DNA of 61,769 nucleotides, the filler included, from Catajapyx aquilonaris (Eukaryota), in NCBI GenBank assembly GCA_000934665.2. It is 3 parts of 3 records of this genome, joined end to end, with 100 filler letters (N's around TTAATTAATTAA, not from the genome) between each part and the next. Parts side by side here need not be neighbours in the genome. Positions count along the whole stretch, not along the records: positions 1 to 20,520 come from JYFJ02006244.1; positions 20,621 to 41,138 come from JYFJ02006245.1; 1 more part is not named here. One strand, written 5' to 3'. The notes beneath the pieces are model-generated. The model did not search any database. It was not told where the DNA came from and saw only the letters and a list, made by a program, of their open reading frames with translations. This document shows positions 13,033 to 24,400 of the stretch, piece after piece (positions within the stretch are counted from its first letter, which is position 1; the number at the start of each line of letters is the position of its first letter). Position numbers and translations under genes: made by a program.

Positions 13033-14254
13033 TATCGCTTATCCGCACCTTAGTGACGCGGATGAGGTTGGGTGGGCGTGGGCTCCTGACGGTTGGCAAC
13101 GCGTCGCAAACAATAGGTTGCCGGGAGAGCACAACAAAGGGCGTCTTCTTACCCCTGCCATGCGAACTGATCAGACGAGTGCTGGGACCCTGGTCTTAAT
13201 AAAGGAGGTGGCAAATTTGAAAGCCATGAGGGTTCCTGCAGTTCGTTAACCCAAAGAACGACATGATGTCACACCAGCAGTGTTTTCTGAGCATGTGCAA
13301 TAGTATGCCTGCAGAGTGAGTCATGGACATGATTGGAGGGGAGAGCCGGGCGGAGGCAGGCGGAACGTGATGTCGTTCGTTGGTTTAACTGACTTTGTGA
13401 AGGTAAACTTTGCGCTTGGCAAAGCCACAATAACATTTGTTAGCCTAAGGCTCAAAATGAGGACCGCATTGTTGGCGTATACAAACCAACAATAAGAGCC
13501 CAGCTCCGCTTGCACTCCGCAATTAACTAAAAATATCCTGCAGGGCGATGAACTGTGCCTGGCAGGGCCACAACAAAGGTCAGTACTGTTGCAGTAACAA
13601 AAAGCCATACAGCATCACCAAGACAGAGGACTGTTCCATCCACTTAATCACCCCCAAACCCAACCACGCAAATCCCGATAAGATCCATCAAGCATCAACC
13701 TCACACCACAGCAGCAGTAGAGGTCCCCCTACCAGCGTGCCTTCCAGCAGCCAACCCAGCCGTTGCCAAATTGGGAATGCAGGTCAGCAGTCTCGACAGT
13801 AGAAAAATGCGCAAGGTGCTTCCACACGTTAAAAAGCTGGTTTTTGTGGTATAAAGAGGGAAGGAAAGGGAACATACCTCATAAGAAGGTGTGCAATACA
13901 CCAGAATTAGCTCGAGTTGAGGGCCTCGTTTGAATTCGGTAGGATTAAATGACAGGAAGACCCAACCCCCAAGCCGGATGCGAGTTTGTTTATTTTCGCC
14001 AGACGTTCGACAAGTATTGATTATTTAAATACCTAATCGACCTAATCGACCTAATCAAACAAAAAAAATTTGCCCCCTTCTACATAACAGTCACATTTAC
14101 GCACCTGATCTGTTCTAGTGGCAGGGGTAGCAACGCACCTTACTTTCTCTCCCGGCAATCCATTGTTGGCGACACACCGTTCGGTTCCCAACCGTCGGGA
14201 GGCCATCCCGCCCGCCCAACCCCACCCTCGTTGCTAAGGTGCAGATAAACTATA
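13033..14254. mobile_element. Non-autonomous DNA transposon with ~130-bp imperfect TIRs
   Basis: TTATCCGCACCTTAGTGACG...GGTTGGGTGGGCG...CTCCTGACGGTTGG vs CCAACCGTCGGGAG...CGCCCGCCCAACC...CGTTGCTAAGGTGCAGATAA. Confidence 0.65.
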
Positions 14255-14314
14255 GTATAGCCCAATAACCTTGCAGGAAAAATTGGAATGAAAATGGAAG
14301 TTTGATTATTTGAC

Positions 14315-14680
14315 TGGGGGGCATGGTGGTCTAGTGGCTATGCTACTGGCCAGCCAAGCGGGAGGTCCGGGGTTCAAATCCAGTCCCCGTCACCTCTGCT
14401 TGGTCGAGTCTTTTTCTGCTTTTCACCCAACATGTACGAACAGACAGCACTCCCTACTCTGCCCAGGGCCAGGAGAAAAGGTCTGGTGCTCTGAGAGTCT
14501 GCAATGACTACAAACTACTTAAGAGCACCCTCCCTTGGAACTTCCCCTTCCCCACACGCCTGTGGACCAGGGCGTTGCGATGAAAACATTAGTGTGTATG
14601 TAAAAATTGTAAAAATAAATAACAGTCCGTGCAATACCGAGGTCAGCACTACCCAATATTATTATTAGATATTATATTAT
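14315..14680 (+). mobile_element. tRNA-derived SINE, family C
   Basis: Head GGGGGCATGGTGGTCTAGTGG...GGGTTCAAATCC; AT-rich tail; perfect 17-bp TSD AAGTTTGATTATTTGAC at 14298-14314 and 14681-14697. Confidence 0.9.
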
Positions 14681-15443
14681 AAGTTTGATTATTTGACGGA
14701 GTTAATTTGAAATGTTCACACATATTTACTGGAAAATGTTTAAAATTTCCCAAAGTGACATTTGTCAAGGATCTATGCCTCTTTCTTGCACTCCTATGAC
14801 TAATGTAAGCTCTCCCTCAGCTCTATACAGTTGATATTAAGGGAGATATCGTCACTGCAGATAGCATGCAGTGTTTTTATGGCAAATTCCACTCTCCCTC
14901 TAACACTACTTAGGAAAAGAAAATCCAGATGAATGGCCATAAGCACATTTGTTTAGGGTGGAGTAGGCCAACTTCAACTCTTTTTTTAAAAAATCTGAGC
15001 AATATTCAATATATCATGGGCTAATCTTGGTACAAACTGACATGGAATTACCCAAATGCAGAACTACCTTTTATATATTAGCAGATGGGCTGTGCCATCA
15101 GGACGCAATTTTTACACTAATATGATGTACACAATCAATTTTGCTCTTTGGAGTTGGGCCCTTGCTTTGCTGCCAAGGGAGTTGGGTCACTGCCCTGTTG
15201 AACAGGTGAATGGCATTTAAACACAATAATACGTTGACAACTTTTGCCAATTCATCGTTTTCCATACTAGTAATGTCAATGCCACACTTCTTAATTCAAA
15301 CACAACAGACACCACACGTGGACATGTTAAAATTATGCACATTTGTCTCCATTACAGCATGCAGTGGTAAAACTGCTATCTGCATAACAATATCAGACAT
15401 TAGTGCAAGATGCAGATACATTTTGAGAAACTACCAGGCCATA

Positions 15444-15698
15444 CATGAAGACCTCGGGGGAAGAACGATCAAGGTCCACTCTTTGTCAAAAATGAGTTAC
15501 ATATCTCAGAAGATAGTTTCACTTGTGTAGAATATGATGGTTTGGTCTTGGTTGTGGAGTAATGATCCTAGGTCACAATGGAAGGCCCTGCAAGTGGGAT
15601 TTACAATAGAACCTTATGGGCCTTCGATATTTAAAATTTGAGATCTCTGTTTCACCTGAGGTGGACCTTGATTGTTCTTCCCCCGAGGTCTTCACATG
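15444..15698. mobile_element. MITE with ~35-bp TIRs
   Basis: TGAAGACCTCGGGGGAAGAACGATCAAGGTCCAC / GTGGACCTTGATTGTTCTTCCCCCGAGGTCTTCA. Confidence 0.7.
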
Positions 15699-16135
15699 GA
15701 ATCCTATTAGTATCATAATACCATAGAAGATTATACCTTGACTGCAATTAATTATTCTGCATAGGATAGGATTACATGATTGTTTTTTTCGTCTGCAACT
15801 TCCACAATTTTAATGGAAGTTCTTCATAATAATGCAAGGTGAAAAAGTGAAACTTTGTTTTGTCCCAACTATTCTAGTGTTACAAAAATCCCCTTTGAAA
15901 TTCGAAATTTCGCCATTTTTGCCATTTAAAATCACCACAGGTTGCACTAGAACCATTACATAATATATTTCAAAATTTCAAGCAATGCTGGTCAATTTTT
16001 AGTGTTGCACATTGTTCACTACAACAAATATTTTAATGAAATGAATGATTTAGCAAGAGGTTCAAGTGAGATAATACAATGTGAGGGTATGACTTTGGAC
16101 AGATCATTAATTAATTATCATTCCTTCCATTTTAA

Positions 16136-16641
16136 GGGGGCGCATTAGTAAAAATACGGTAGGCGCATTTTTGAGGGAATTTTATTTTTTGTGGTGAAAC
16201 GGACGGTTAATCGGAAAAATCACGCCGAAGGTGCCCTGCGGAAAGGTTTGGCCTTTACTATGGTACCATGCTCGATATGATTGCATTAAAATTGTGGACA
16301 TACGGCGCCGATGCGTTCCCGAATTTGTCGCGTTCCTGCCGCCATGTTATTCAAATGGGTTTTTCGGGAACTCCATTTTCCTTTCACTTCAACTCGATGA
16401 AAAGGTCACTTCTAGGCCGAAAATGGGAAAATGACGCCGAAGGTGCCCTGCGCCAGATCATGTCCTATTTTTTGGTGTAATTTTTGTGTCCATTGCTCCA
16501 TTTTTGTGGCCGTAAGGCCGCCGGAGCGTGGACATGTCGAATCCCCATATGCTGTCCATGCATACGCGAGTTTGTTTACGTGGTCGCCAAGGGCTCGCAT
16601 TGTTACCGATTGTTACCGTATTTTTTTACTAATGCGCCACC
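16136..16641. mobile_element. MITE with TTAA TSD and GG..CC termini (Kolobok-like)
   Basis: TTAA|GGGGGCGCATTAGTAAAAATACGGTA ... TACCGTATTTTTTTACTAATGCGCCACC|TTAA; internal direct repeat ACGCCGAAGGTGCCCTGCG. Confidence 0.75.
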
Positions 16642-17214
16642 TTAATGAGAAATTGGCAACTAGAAAAATAATTTGCAATCTACCATTGCTTGACAAATTA
16701 AAACAAAATTATCTAGCATTCCTAGTTCCTAGTGGAAATAAGTGCCTAAAATTAGATAATTTGAAATGCAGATTGTTGCAACACTGGAATAGACAGAAAC
16801 CTGAATTTCAGTTTTTCATCTGACATTATTATGAAAAACTTACACTAAAAATTGAGGGAGTCAGAGGAAAAGAGATTCCATGAATCCTTTGGACAGGTTG
16901 AATGACACTGCCAATTAGGGGGTAGTTGACAACTCCTGTAGAGAGAGCTAAAGTTCCTTTCAAGGTTGATAAATATAATTTCACTTTATCTATTGTGGTT
17001 TCCTGCATTGCTCTCCCACGATCTACATACTTGACATGTTACACAAACCATTCTTACGATTCCTATTAGACTACATCAAGGATGCTCAACCCATGTTCCA
17101 CGAGACATTTGTGGCGTAAGTAGATGGTGTTATGCAATAATGGGTCAACCCACAAAAATGTCAAAATTGAGTTAAGCCCAGGAACATACACACTAAGGAT
17201 AGTACTTTTTTTTT

Positions 17215-17386
17215 AATGTTCCCCTGTGATAGGGCCAGAGGCCCTCTTAGAGGGGTGGAATACCATCATTTTCCATCAATTTTTCTGTGATTTTCTTCAA
17301 CTCCGGTGCAGTGGGGTAAGGATTGGGGATTTCTGGGGAGGAGACACAGGTGCAGGTGCAATGTCTAAACAAGGGTCATGTGCAGT
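17215..17386 (-). mobile_element. 3' fragment of SINE family A
   Basis: Matches the reverse complement of the family A 3' half (GGGGTGGAATACCATC, CTCCGGTGCA, GGGTCATGTGCA); similar fragments at ~7546-7613 (-) and ~33280-33385 (+). Confidence 0.7.
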
Positions 17387-17675
17387 TAAATAATAGTACT
17401 TCATTCAGTTAAAATCACGCTGGCGAAATCTGCATACTTCTGCCATAAATGACCAAAATGAACACTGAATTAATTTCACAGGTATGACCTTCAAAGACCT
17501 TTTTCTCAAAACTGTTCTCATGTGGGTTGACTTATTATTGCATCACACCATCCATATAAGACTTGTCTATTGTATGGCCTGTGATGTGTATCAAATTTTC
17601 AAATTGGCCTACAACATCCCAAAGGTTGAGCACCCCTGGACTATGCATTGGTACCTTTGGAATTGTCTCACTGAC

Positions 17676-18592
17676 CTTATCTGTTCATTGGTCCTTGGAG
17701 TGTGATTGGCCCCAGTCCTTGAGATGGAAGTTTCCTTAGGTGGAGAGGGGGATGTTGAAGAGGGAGGGACAGAGGAGGATGGGGATGATGTGCTCTTTGG
17801 AGATCTGGACGTGTTTGGGGTGGACGAAAAGTGTGAGATCCAATTCTTCTGCTTCTCAATCAGCTCCCTGCTGGAGAAGCGTCTCTCTGGCTTCTCAGGC
17901 CTCTCCTTGGTTGGGGACGGTTGGGAGACAGGGGTAGTTGGGATGGCAGTGGTGGTGGTGGTTGGGGTAGTAGGAGGGGATGTCACCCTTTTCAGTGGGG
18001 TGGGGACAAAATCGCCCCCACCTGGCCTCCCATTAAGATTGGTGCCTCCATTTGGCTGGGTGTTGGCCGACTTCTGAAGGGTAATGGTTGTGGTTGAGAC
18101 GCACGGTGAGGCAGAAGCCATGGTAACTCCCACTGTTGGGGGTGGAGGAGACGGAGAGGGAGATCTGGATTTCCCAGTGCCTCCCCCTCCACTCCCACCC
18201 TTCTGCCCCAGCTTCTCAAAGAGAGCCCTAGCATTGTTGAAACGTGCCAGATGACTCTCAGTCCTCACCACCGTAACCACTGGAGGGGCCTCCACACTGC
18301 CGACACTCCCACCACTTCCAAAACTACTCCTAGTAGCCTTTGGGGATTCAGGCTTGGAGGTGGGTGCAGAACGGGACCCTGACACCGGGGCAGAGGGTGG
18401 TGTGGAGGAAGTAGGTGGGAGAGAGGAAGGAGGACCAGAACTATCCTCCCTGCTACCACCTTTACTTTGGAATATATTGGCTATCTGGGACACTTTAGTG
18501 CCACCCACACGAACTCCCAGCACCTTCTTCCCGTCCTCACACGATGAGGATGATGAACTTGAAGATGTTACTGCTGCCACTCCACCTCCCAT
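17676..18592 (-). CDS. Spn: N-terminal coding exon of a spinophilin/neurabin (PP1 regulatory, actin-binding scaffold) gene
   Basis: Motifs GTKVSQIANIFQ, VVRTESHLARFNNARALFEKLG and RPEKPERRFSSRELIEKQKNWISHFS are characteristic of arthropod spinophilin N-termini; acceptor TATTTCAG|ATG at 18593; donor AAG|GTCAGT at 17675; downstream exons not identified in the window. Confidence 0.85.
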
Positions 18593-20157
18593 CTGAAATA
18601 TACATCAAAGAATTATCAACACACAAATCTAACAATATTATTACTGACGTGAGTACAGTAAACTCTACCCATGGTGGTGCAACCTTCACATGAGAGTCCA
18701 CTAGAGTAAGGATTAAAAACTTGTTCTGATACTGTACTTATGAATACAAACAAATAAGTGAAAGTCTGCATGACACCTATTTGGCTCCAATCACACAAAA
18801 ATTTTGTGAAAAAATTGCAACTGTGAATTTTTTGAGTTGCATCTTCTTTATGGAATTGACAAGGTTGTCTATTGTAATGGCATTTGTAACTTTTCTTGAA
18901 GAGTCCCCCCAAATCTCTCCCTCATTGCACCCTCCTGGTGGGCCTGTTCCTCCCACTACTCTTGAGAGCAGTTCCCCAATTGCATTCCAGCAGGATGCTA
19001 TTCAGATGCACAACTGTACAAGCAAGAGAAAGATGTTTGCTTGCAGGACTTCCACGTCACAGCTCAGGGATGCATTGTACACGGACCACGTGTGAATGCA
19101 ACTGCTTCACTTACATAATTTTGTTTACAGCTACTGATTTTCACTACTTAACTCAAACACTAAGAAATTACATTTTAGGTGTCCATGAAAGTCAATTTCA
19201 CTTCTCTGTGATTGAAAAATCTCCTGCTCCTCAAATGAAGTTATAATGCATTTTTAAATAAGTTGTTAACAAAATTTAACATACTCGTAGTACTTGTGAA
19301 AATACCAGCTGGCCAACATTACTGCAGGGAACCCTTGAAGGTGACACCTGCCATGTTATGCCAGTGGTTACTACAAAGTTACAAATGCCAGTTTGTAGCC
19401 TACACTATGCAGAACGTATTGCACAGTAATTGATTGGTCATTTTTAAGGGGGGGATAAAGAGAATTTGGGAGTAAAGTTCTCGCTAACTAACAACAGCAG
19501 AACCGATCTTCTTTTTGTGTAAGTGTAACTGACCTCTCTCTTACACATGTACACTGTACTTTTCCCATATTCTTAATGTAGAATTATAAAAAGTCATTTG
19601 CATTCGGGAGTAATTTACGCAGTCGTAAAATTTAAAGTTATGTCGTAACAAGCACCCAAAAATGCGGAAAAATGAGGTGCTCCGGACTAACAAAGCCGAT
19701 TTTTATAATTAGCTATAACCTTTCGGCAAATAATAATTTTGTTAAAATTTGACTGATTTGAGAACTACTAGAAGTTGGGGGAACCCTAATTTTCACGGTT
19801 TTTATTGTGCCTCGAGGGAATGGTCAACCGCAAACGCGTCCTTTCTTTTGTGTAGAGAGGGTGGGATCCACTGTCTCCTCTTTCGGCCAGAGTTGGAACT
19901 CGAAGAAGGTCCTGATTTTCTTTATCCCAGCCTTAAAGAACAGCATGCACCTTCAAAAATTGGATTTCATATAACATTGCTTTTAAAATTAAAATAAAAA
20001 TTCTGGCATCTATCAACTAACACCTGCTATATTTTCATTCTTGTATTTCAGTTAATTGTCCCTCTGTTGCAATTCCAGCATCCAATTTCTCATCCACACT
20101 GTTATGCACCTTCTCCACCAAAAATCATAGTGCTCCCACCAAATAGAAGTCCTACAA

Positions 20158-20520
20158 CTGAAGCAGTAGTGGTGGAGTGGATATGGTGTCTGACTGCTAA
20201 TCGGGAGGTCCTGGGCTCGAATCCCGGAGGCCGGCGATCCTGACCTAGGGTTTTCTGTGGTTTCCCAAGGTTGCCCCAGGAAAAATTTCCGGGATCGTAC
20301 CGTAAAATAGGCCACAGCCGCTTCCTTCCTTTCCCTGCCCTGGAGGAGGTGCGGGTCAGTGGGGGATTTCTGACTCGCATCTGGGAGTCATCTTGGCGAA
20401 CGGGCCCCCTGAGGGACTGCACACGACCCCCAACTTGATGACATTGCACATGCACCAGCGTCCCCCCCTTCTATCCCTACCCTGTCCCTGCACGATAGTG
20501 GTAATCCACTCCCCCCCCTG
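20158..20520 (+). mobile_element. SINE with a family B head and family A-like body, running into the gap
   Basis: GGTGGAGTGGATATGGTGTCTGACTGCTAATCGGGAGGTCCTGGGCTCGAATCCC head; body GCACACGACCCCC...GACATTGCACATGCACC resembles family A. Confidence 0.75.
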
Positions 20521-20620
20521 NNNNNNNNNNNNNNNNNNNNNNNNNNNNNNNNNNNNNNNNNNNNTTAATTAATTAANNNNNNNNNNNNNNNNNNNNNNNN
20601 NNNNNNNNNNNNNNNNNNNN
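20521..20620. other. Assembly gap with TTAATTAATTAA linker
   Basis: N-run/TTAATTAATTAA/N-run, 100 bp, same design as 41139-41238. Confidence 0.95.
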
Positions 20621-22060
20621 GAAAGGCAAAGGGATGGGCGTCTCATCTGTGCGCGCGCATACGGGGAAGGCTCTGATTGGTCAGCAGGGGCACAGCAGAG
20701 GTTAGGAATTCCTTGCTGCTTGCAGAAAAGACTCCTAGGGAGAAATGCGGTCGGAGGCGCTCGATTCCTTGCGACATTATTTCTGGTGGCCACGGTTTCC
20801 GTTGCCAAAGCACCCAGTTCGCCGGAACTGCCGTCACTTCCAGACGGTATAAACACACCTTTATTTGGGAAATTTTGGAGTTGGAGAAAAGAAGGGTCGA
20901 GCGATAAGGCAGTAGTAATCCTCTAAAAGGTGAGTGGTGCGCATCAAACCTTTTGATGCGCAGGTAAATGGTTGTTCAACTGGCTGCGGCTCACTGGCTG
21001 CTCAGTTCAGTTGATGCGCATTTTCACATGTTACATGCCCGAGATGCTGCTCTGTAAGCTGCGCACCTTTCCGAACCGCCTCGAAGCGGCGTCATGTAAC
21101 GTGCCTCAGAACATGTACCGATTTCGTGCTAAGCGTGTTGCATTTTCTGGGTTCTCGGCGTTGCAGGCAAAATCGACTGTTGTTTGTTAGAGTCGCATAT
21201 CGTATTGCATGTAATGCTCCCGTCGGGAATGATCCACGAAGCCGAGCGCCCCCAACCGAACTCATTTCGGCCGATCTCGTGACTACGCTCCCTGCGATCG
21301 GTTAGCGTCATCGTTCGGCTGGCCAGCCCGTTCGGCACGACCAGTATACGGGTCCTGGCCTCTCCGGGACCCGCGTCCGGACCGGGTGCCACCCACGGCC
21401 CACGGGCAATCTTGCAGGCTGACGAGTTGGATGCCTTGTTGTCAGCGCCGGATTTCACATTAGGCACAGTAGGCACTGGCCTAGGGGCGGCCTCGAGTTG
21501 CAATAAATAATATTTGTCAAATACAATAATAGGAAATGAAGGCGAGAAGAAAAGCAAATTTTTGAGAGCTTGATTTGCCACTACAGGCAGAAAAGATAAT
21601 TGCCGAAGGGTGGTCATAACTTTCAATATAAGATTTTACAAATAAAATAACATTAAATGAAGGAGAGAACAATAAAAGATTTGAATTTTAAAGTGCCAGG
21701 CGGCGGGGGGAGGGGCGGCCGTATCTCAAGTGCCTAAGGGCGGCCGGGTGGGNGGGGGGGGGGGGGGGGGGGGGGGAATAGGATTGAAACACGTTAGTGA
21801 TAGCATGCACTCCCCCACGAGTATACAGTGGTTCTAAAATGGCCGCCACTATGTGGTGCGCCACTGTATCCCATTTCGCATATAGCTTTTCGATGTGGAA
21901 TGAACCTGCCACAAGTATATAGGAGGTCGCAGATCGGGGGAATACTTACCTACGCAGAACTGCCAACCAAATACACCACTACAGCGCGAAATCGGGAGGT
22001 ACTAGCGATCGTTGTTGGTAGCCATTTTCAAGCCAAAAATTGGTTGAACCTACTCAAATA

Positions 22061-22970
22061 CAGAGTGTTTCAATTTCGTGGGTCCCTTTTCTTATCACTA
22101 ATATTGGTCGAAGTGGTAATTATTTTAGTTTTGTGACAGTTGATTTGCCCGCTCCCCCTGTTTCCTCCCTTGTCCTGTTGGCCCTCTGGAAGTGGGGGCA
22201 GGAGGGGAGTAGGAGGAGGTAGGAGCAGCCCACGGACACTTATACTACGTTCTGGCGTTATCAGCTGCCGAGGGATTACGCACCGGGTGCCCACTAGAGA
22301 TCGCTACGAGACATTTCCCAAGGCTATCATGTGGCGACCCTACCGGACTAAGGCTGAACTTTACAGGTACGAAGGGGAACGCTACATTGGGGGGCCCAAC
22401 ATGGCCGCTGGCGGCCATGTTGGGCCAGCATGTAGCCCTCCCCTTCGTACCTGTAAAGTTCAGCCTTAGTCCGGTAGGGTCGCCACATGATAGCCTTGGG
22501 AAATGTCTCGTAGCGATCTCTAGTGGGCACCCGGTGCGTAATCCTTCGGCAGGGGGTGGGTGGGGAGTGACCTAACCTGAGTCTTCTACAGCCGTGGGTA
22601 GGAGGGAAAGGCCGGGGAGAGCGGGCGGGGAGGGAGAGAGTGAAAGACGACCAGAGGAGGCAGACGCTAGTGAGCGGCTCTCCCGGGGTTTCGTGCCATG
22701 TACTGGTAATGTATCCGCCTTAGGTCAATAAACTACGGTTGTACAGTAGCGGAAGGTGTCGTGTGTGTTACTGAACATACGATGGTAACCTTTGACCGCG
22801 AAAGTTTGTTGCGCCCCTAATCAGTTGTCCTATTATATAGCAACTCTATATATATTCGACCAGTTGGGAGTAATGGGGCAACTGATTAGTGGGACAACAG
22901 GCTACAAAATATAACCACTTCGGGCAATATTTGTGATAAGAAAAGTGACCCGCTAACTTGGAACACCCTG
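22061..22970. mobile_element. CAG(A/G)GTG-ended MITE with GC-rich cargo
   Basis: TA|CAGAGTGTTTCAA...TTCTTATCACTAATATTGGTCGAAGTGGT vs ACCACTTCGGGCAATATTTGTGATAAGAA...TTGGAACACCCTG|TA; related right ends at ~880-1000 and ~48175-48270. Confidence 0.65.
22265..22552. repeat. Near-perfect 288-bp palindrome
   Basis: Arms are near-exact reverse complements, giving the same peptide on both strands in the ORF track (PTRDRYETFPKAIMWRPYRTKAELYRYEGE). Confidence 0.95.
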
Positions 22971-23457
22971 TACATGTAGGATTCGCTATTCATGTTACGT
23001 ACTACGGCTGACCTTTTGGGTTCATTACATGGTTTCACTAAGAGAAGGCTGAACAAGTAATTTTTTCGAGATTAATCTTGAAATAAGTTATGGACGTGAA
23101 ATTACATGAACACCCCTTTGCTACCACTCTCGTGCAAAAAGACGCGGATTATTTCAAATGAATGGTCTTATATACAGTACCATACTGGCACAGACTACCC
23201 AATACCGCCAAATGCAAGACGATCAAGAAAAAAATTTGCCTGACGCGGAAAATGTTACTTCATTTAAATACTCGTACATTGGGCTATCAATAATGGAAGT
23301 CTTTTGCATTGAAAACATCCATGTGTGTCTTACATGATGTCTTAACACTATACCTGCTAGATGTTTTTCGGATATATTATTCTTGACTGAAGGAAGACGA
23401 ACTACAATTTGGGCGTGACCTTGCCCTGGTAGCAATGTCTGGTGTAAAAGACACTGC

Positions 23458-23674
23458 TGGAGCCTCATGTAAAAATCATGTGACTCATGATACTGGGTTT
23501 TTACTTGTAGGCCACAATTGGACGGGGCTTTTCAAGCCGGCACAAACCACGTCTCTCTAACTTGTTTTCCTGCCAAGTTTTTCAAGTTTTTCCAGTATGG
23601 TTTATGCAAGATCAAATGACAGATCACGAACTTTGAGGTGCCAATATTTACATGGTTTTTACATGAGGCTCCAG
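23458..23674. mobile_element. Small MITE with ~25-bp TIRs
   Basis: CTGGAGCCTCATGTAAAAATCATGT / ACATGGTTTTTACATGAGGCTCCAG. Confidence 0.65.
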
Positions 23675-24177
23675 ACTGAGTGGTAGTGAATAGCATATAT
23701 TGCATAGTTTCGGCTCTCGCATATATGCATGAAGCATCATCGGCATCACACACTGTTAATCAATCACTGCCCTGCATGACCGTTGTATTGTTGACTCTAA
23801 TGATACGACAGGATCTATCACTCAGTGTTGTGTATGGACGGCTGGTAAGAAGGACTATTGCTGATGAACTAAAACAGTGGTGTATTTCAAGAATACGACT
23901 GGAGCTCGAGAACAGACCAGCTACTTGGTCTGTTCCTACAACAAGACACAGTTGCCTGCGGCAACTGGTTACAATAATTACAGGACACAACACTTAGAGT
24001 CTGGTTACTGCCAGTTGCTAGTTCTTTCAAAACGTCGCGTCGGTAATAACTCTTGGCATGATGAAACTTATTGGTCCATTGATCTTTACCCAGAAGTGTT
24101 TATCTAACGTCATGAAAATATCTGTAGTCAGGTAAGCAAGAATGACCCATAAATTTTTTAAATAAATTTGACATAAG

Positions 24178-24400
24178 TACAGACCTATATCATGACGGTC
24201 TGTAGTCTTTTAAGGAGTCCTCTTTTATAAGCCCGACTGCCCCGACATAATCATCGACCGATTCCGTATTTTGATTATGGGTGAAAACTGGAGAGCTCCC
24301 GAGAAAACTGACGTGGACACGAAGAGAACACATCCAAACTCTTTCCACATGATAATATCGGCTCTCCGATCCGGAGATCAAATGGATGACCTGAAGGCGG
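24178..24400 (-). mobile_element. Degenerate copy of SINE family D
   Basis: Reverse-complement similarity to 31251-31500 (TCTCTTCGTGTCCACGTCAGTTTTCTCGGG vs TCTCTCCGTGTTCGTGTGGGTTTTCTTGGG). Confidence 0.55.

Noticed and set aside
20565..20576. TTAATTAATTAA inside N-runs (also in 41139-41238)
   Set aside because: Identical design at both gaps; an artificial scaffold linker, not biology
21129..21626. 165-aa - strand ORF
   Set aside because: Non-ATG start, no recognisable domain or convincing splice sites; likely a by-product of GC richness
22140..22575. Mirror-image ORFs on both strands (also 29047-29918)
   Set aside because: Consequence of DNA palindromes
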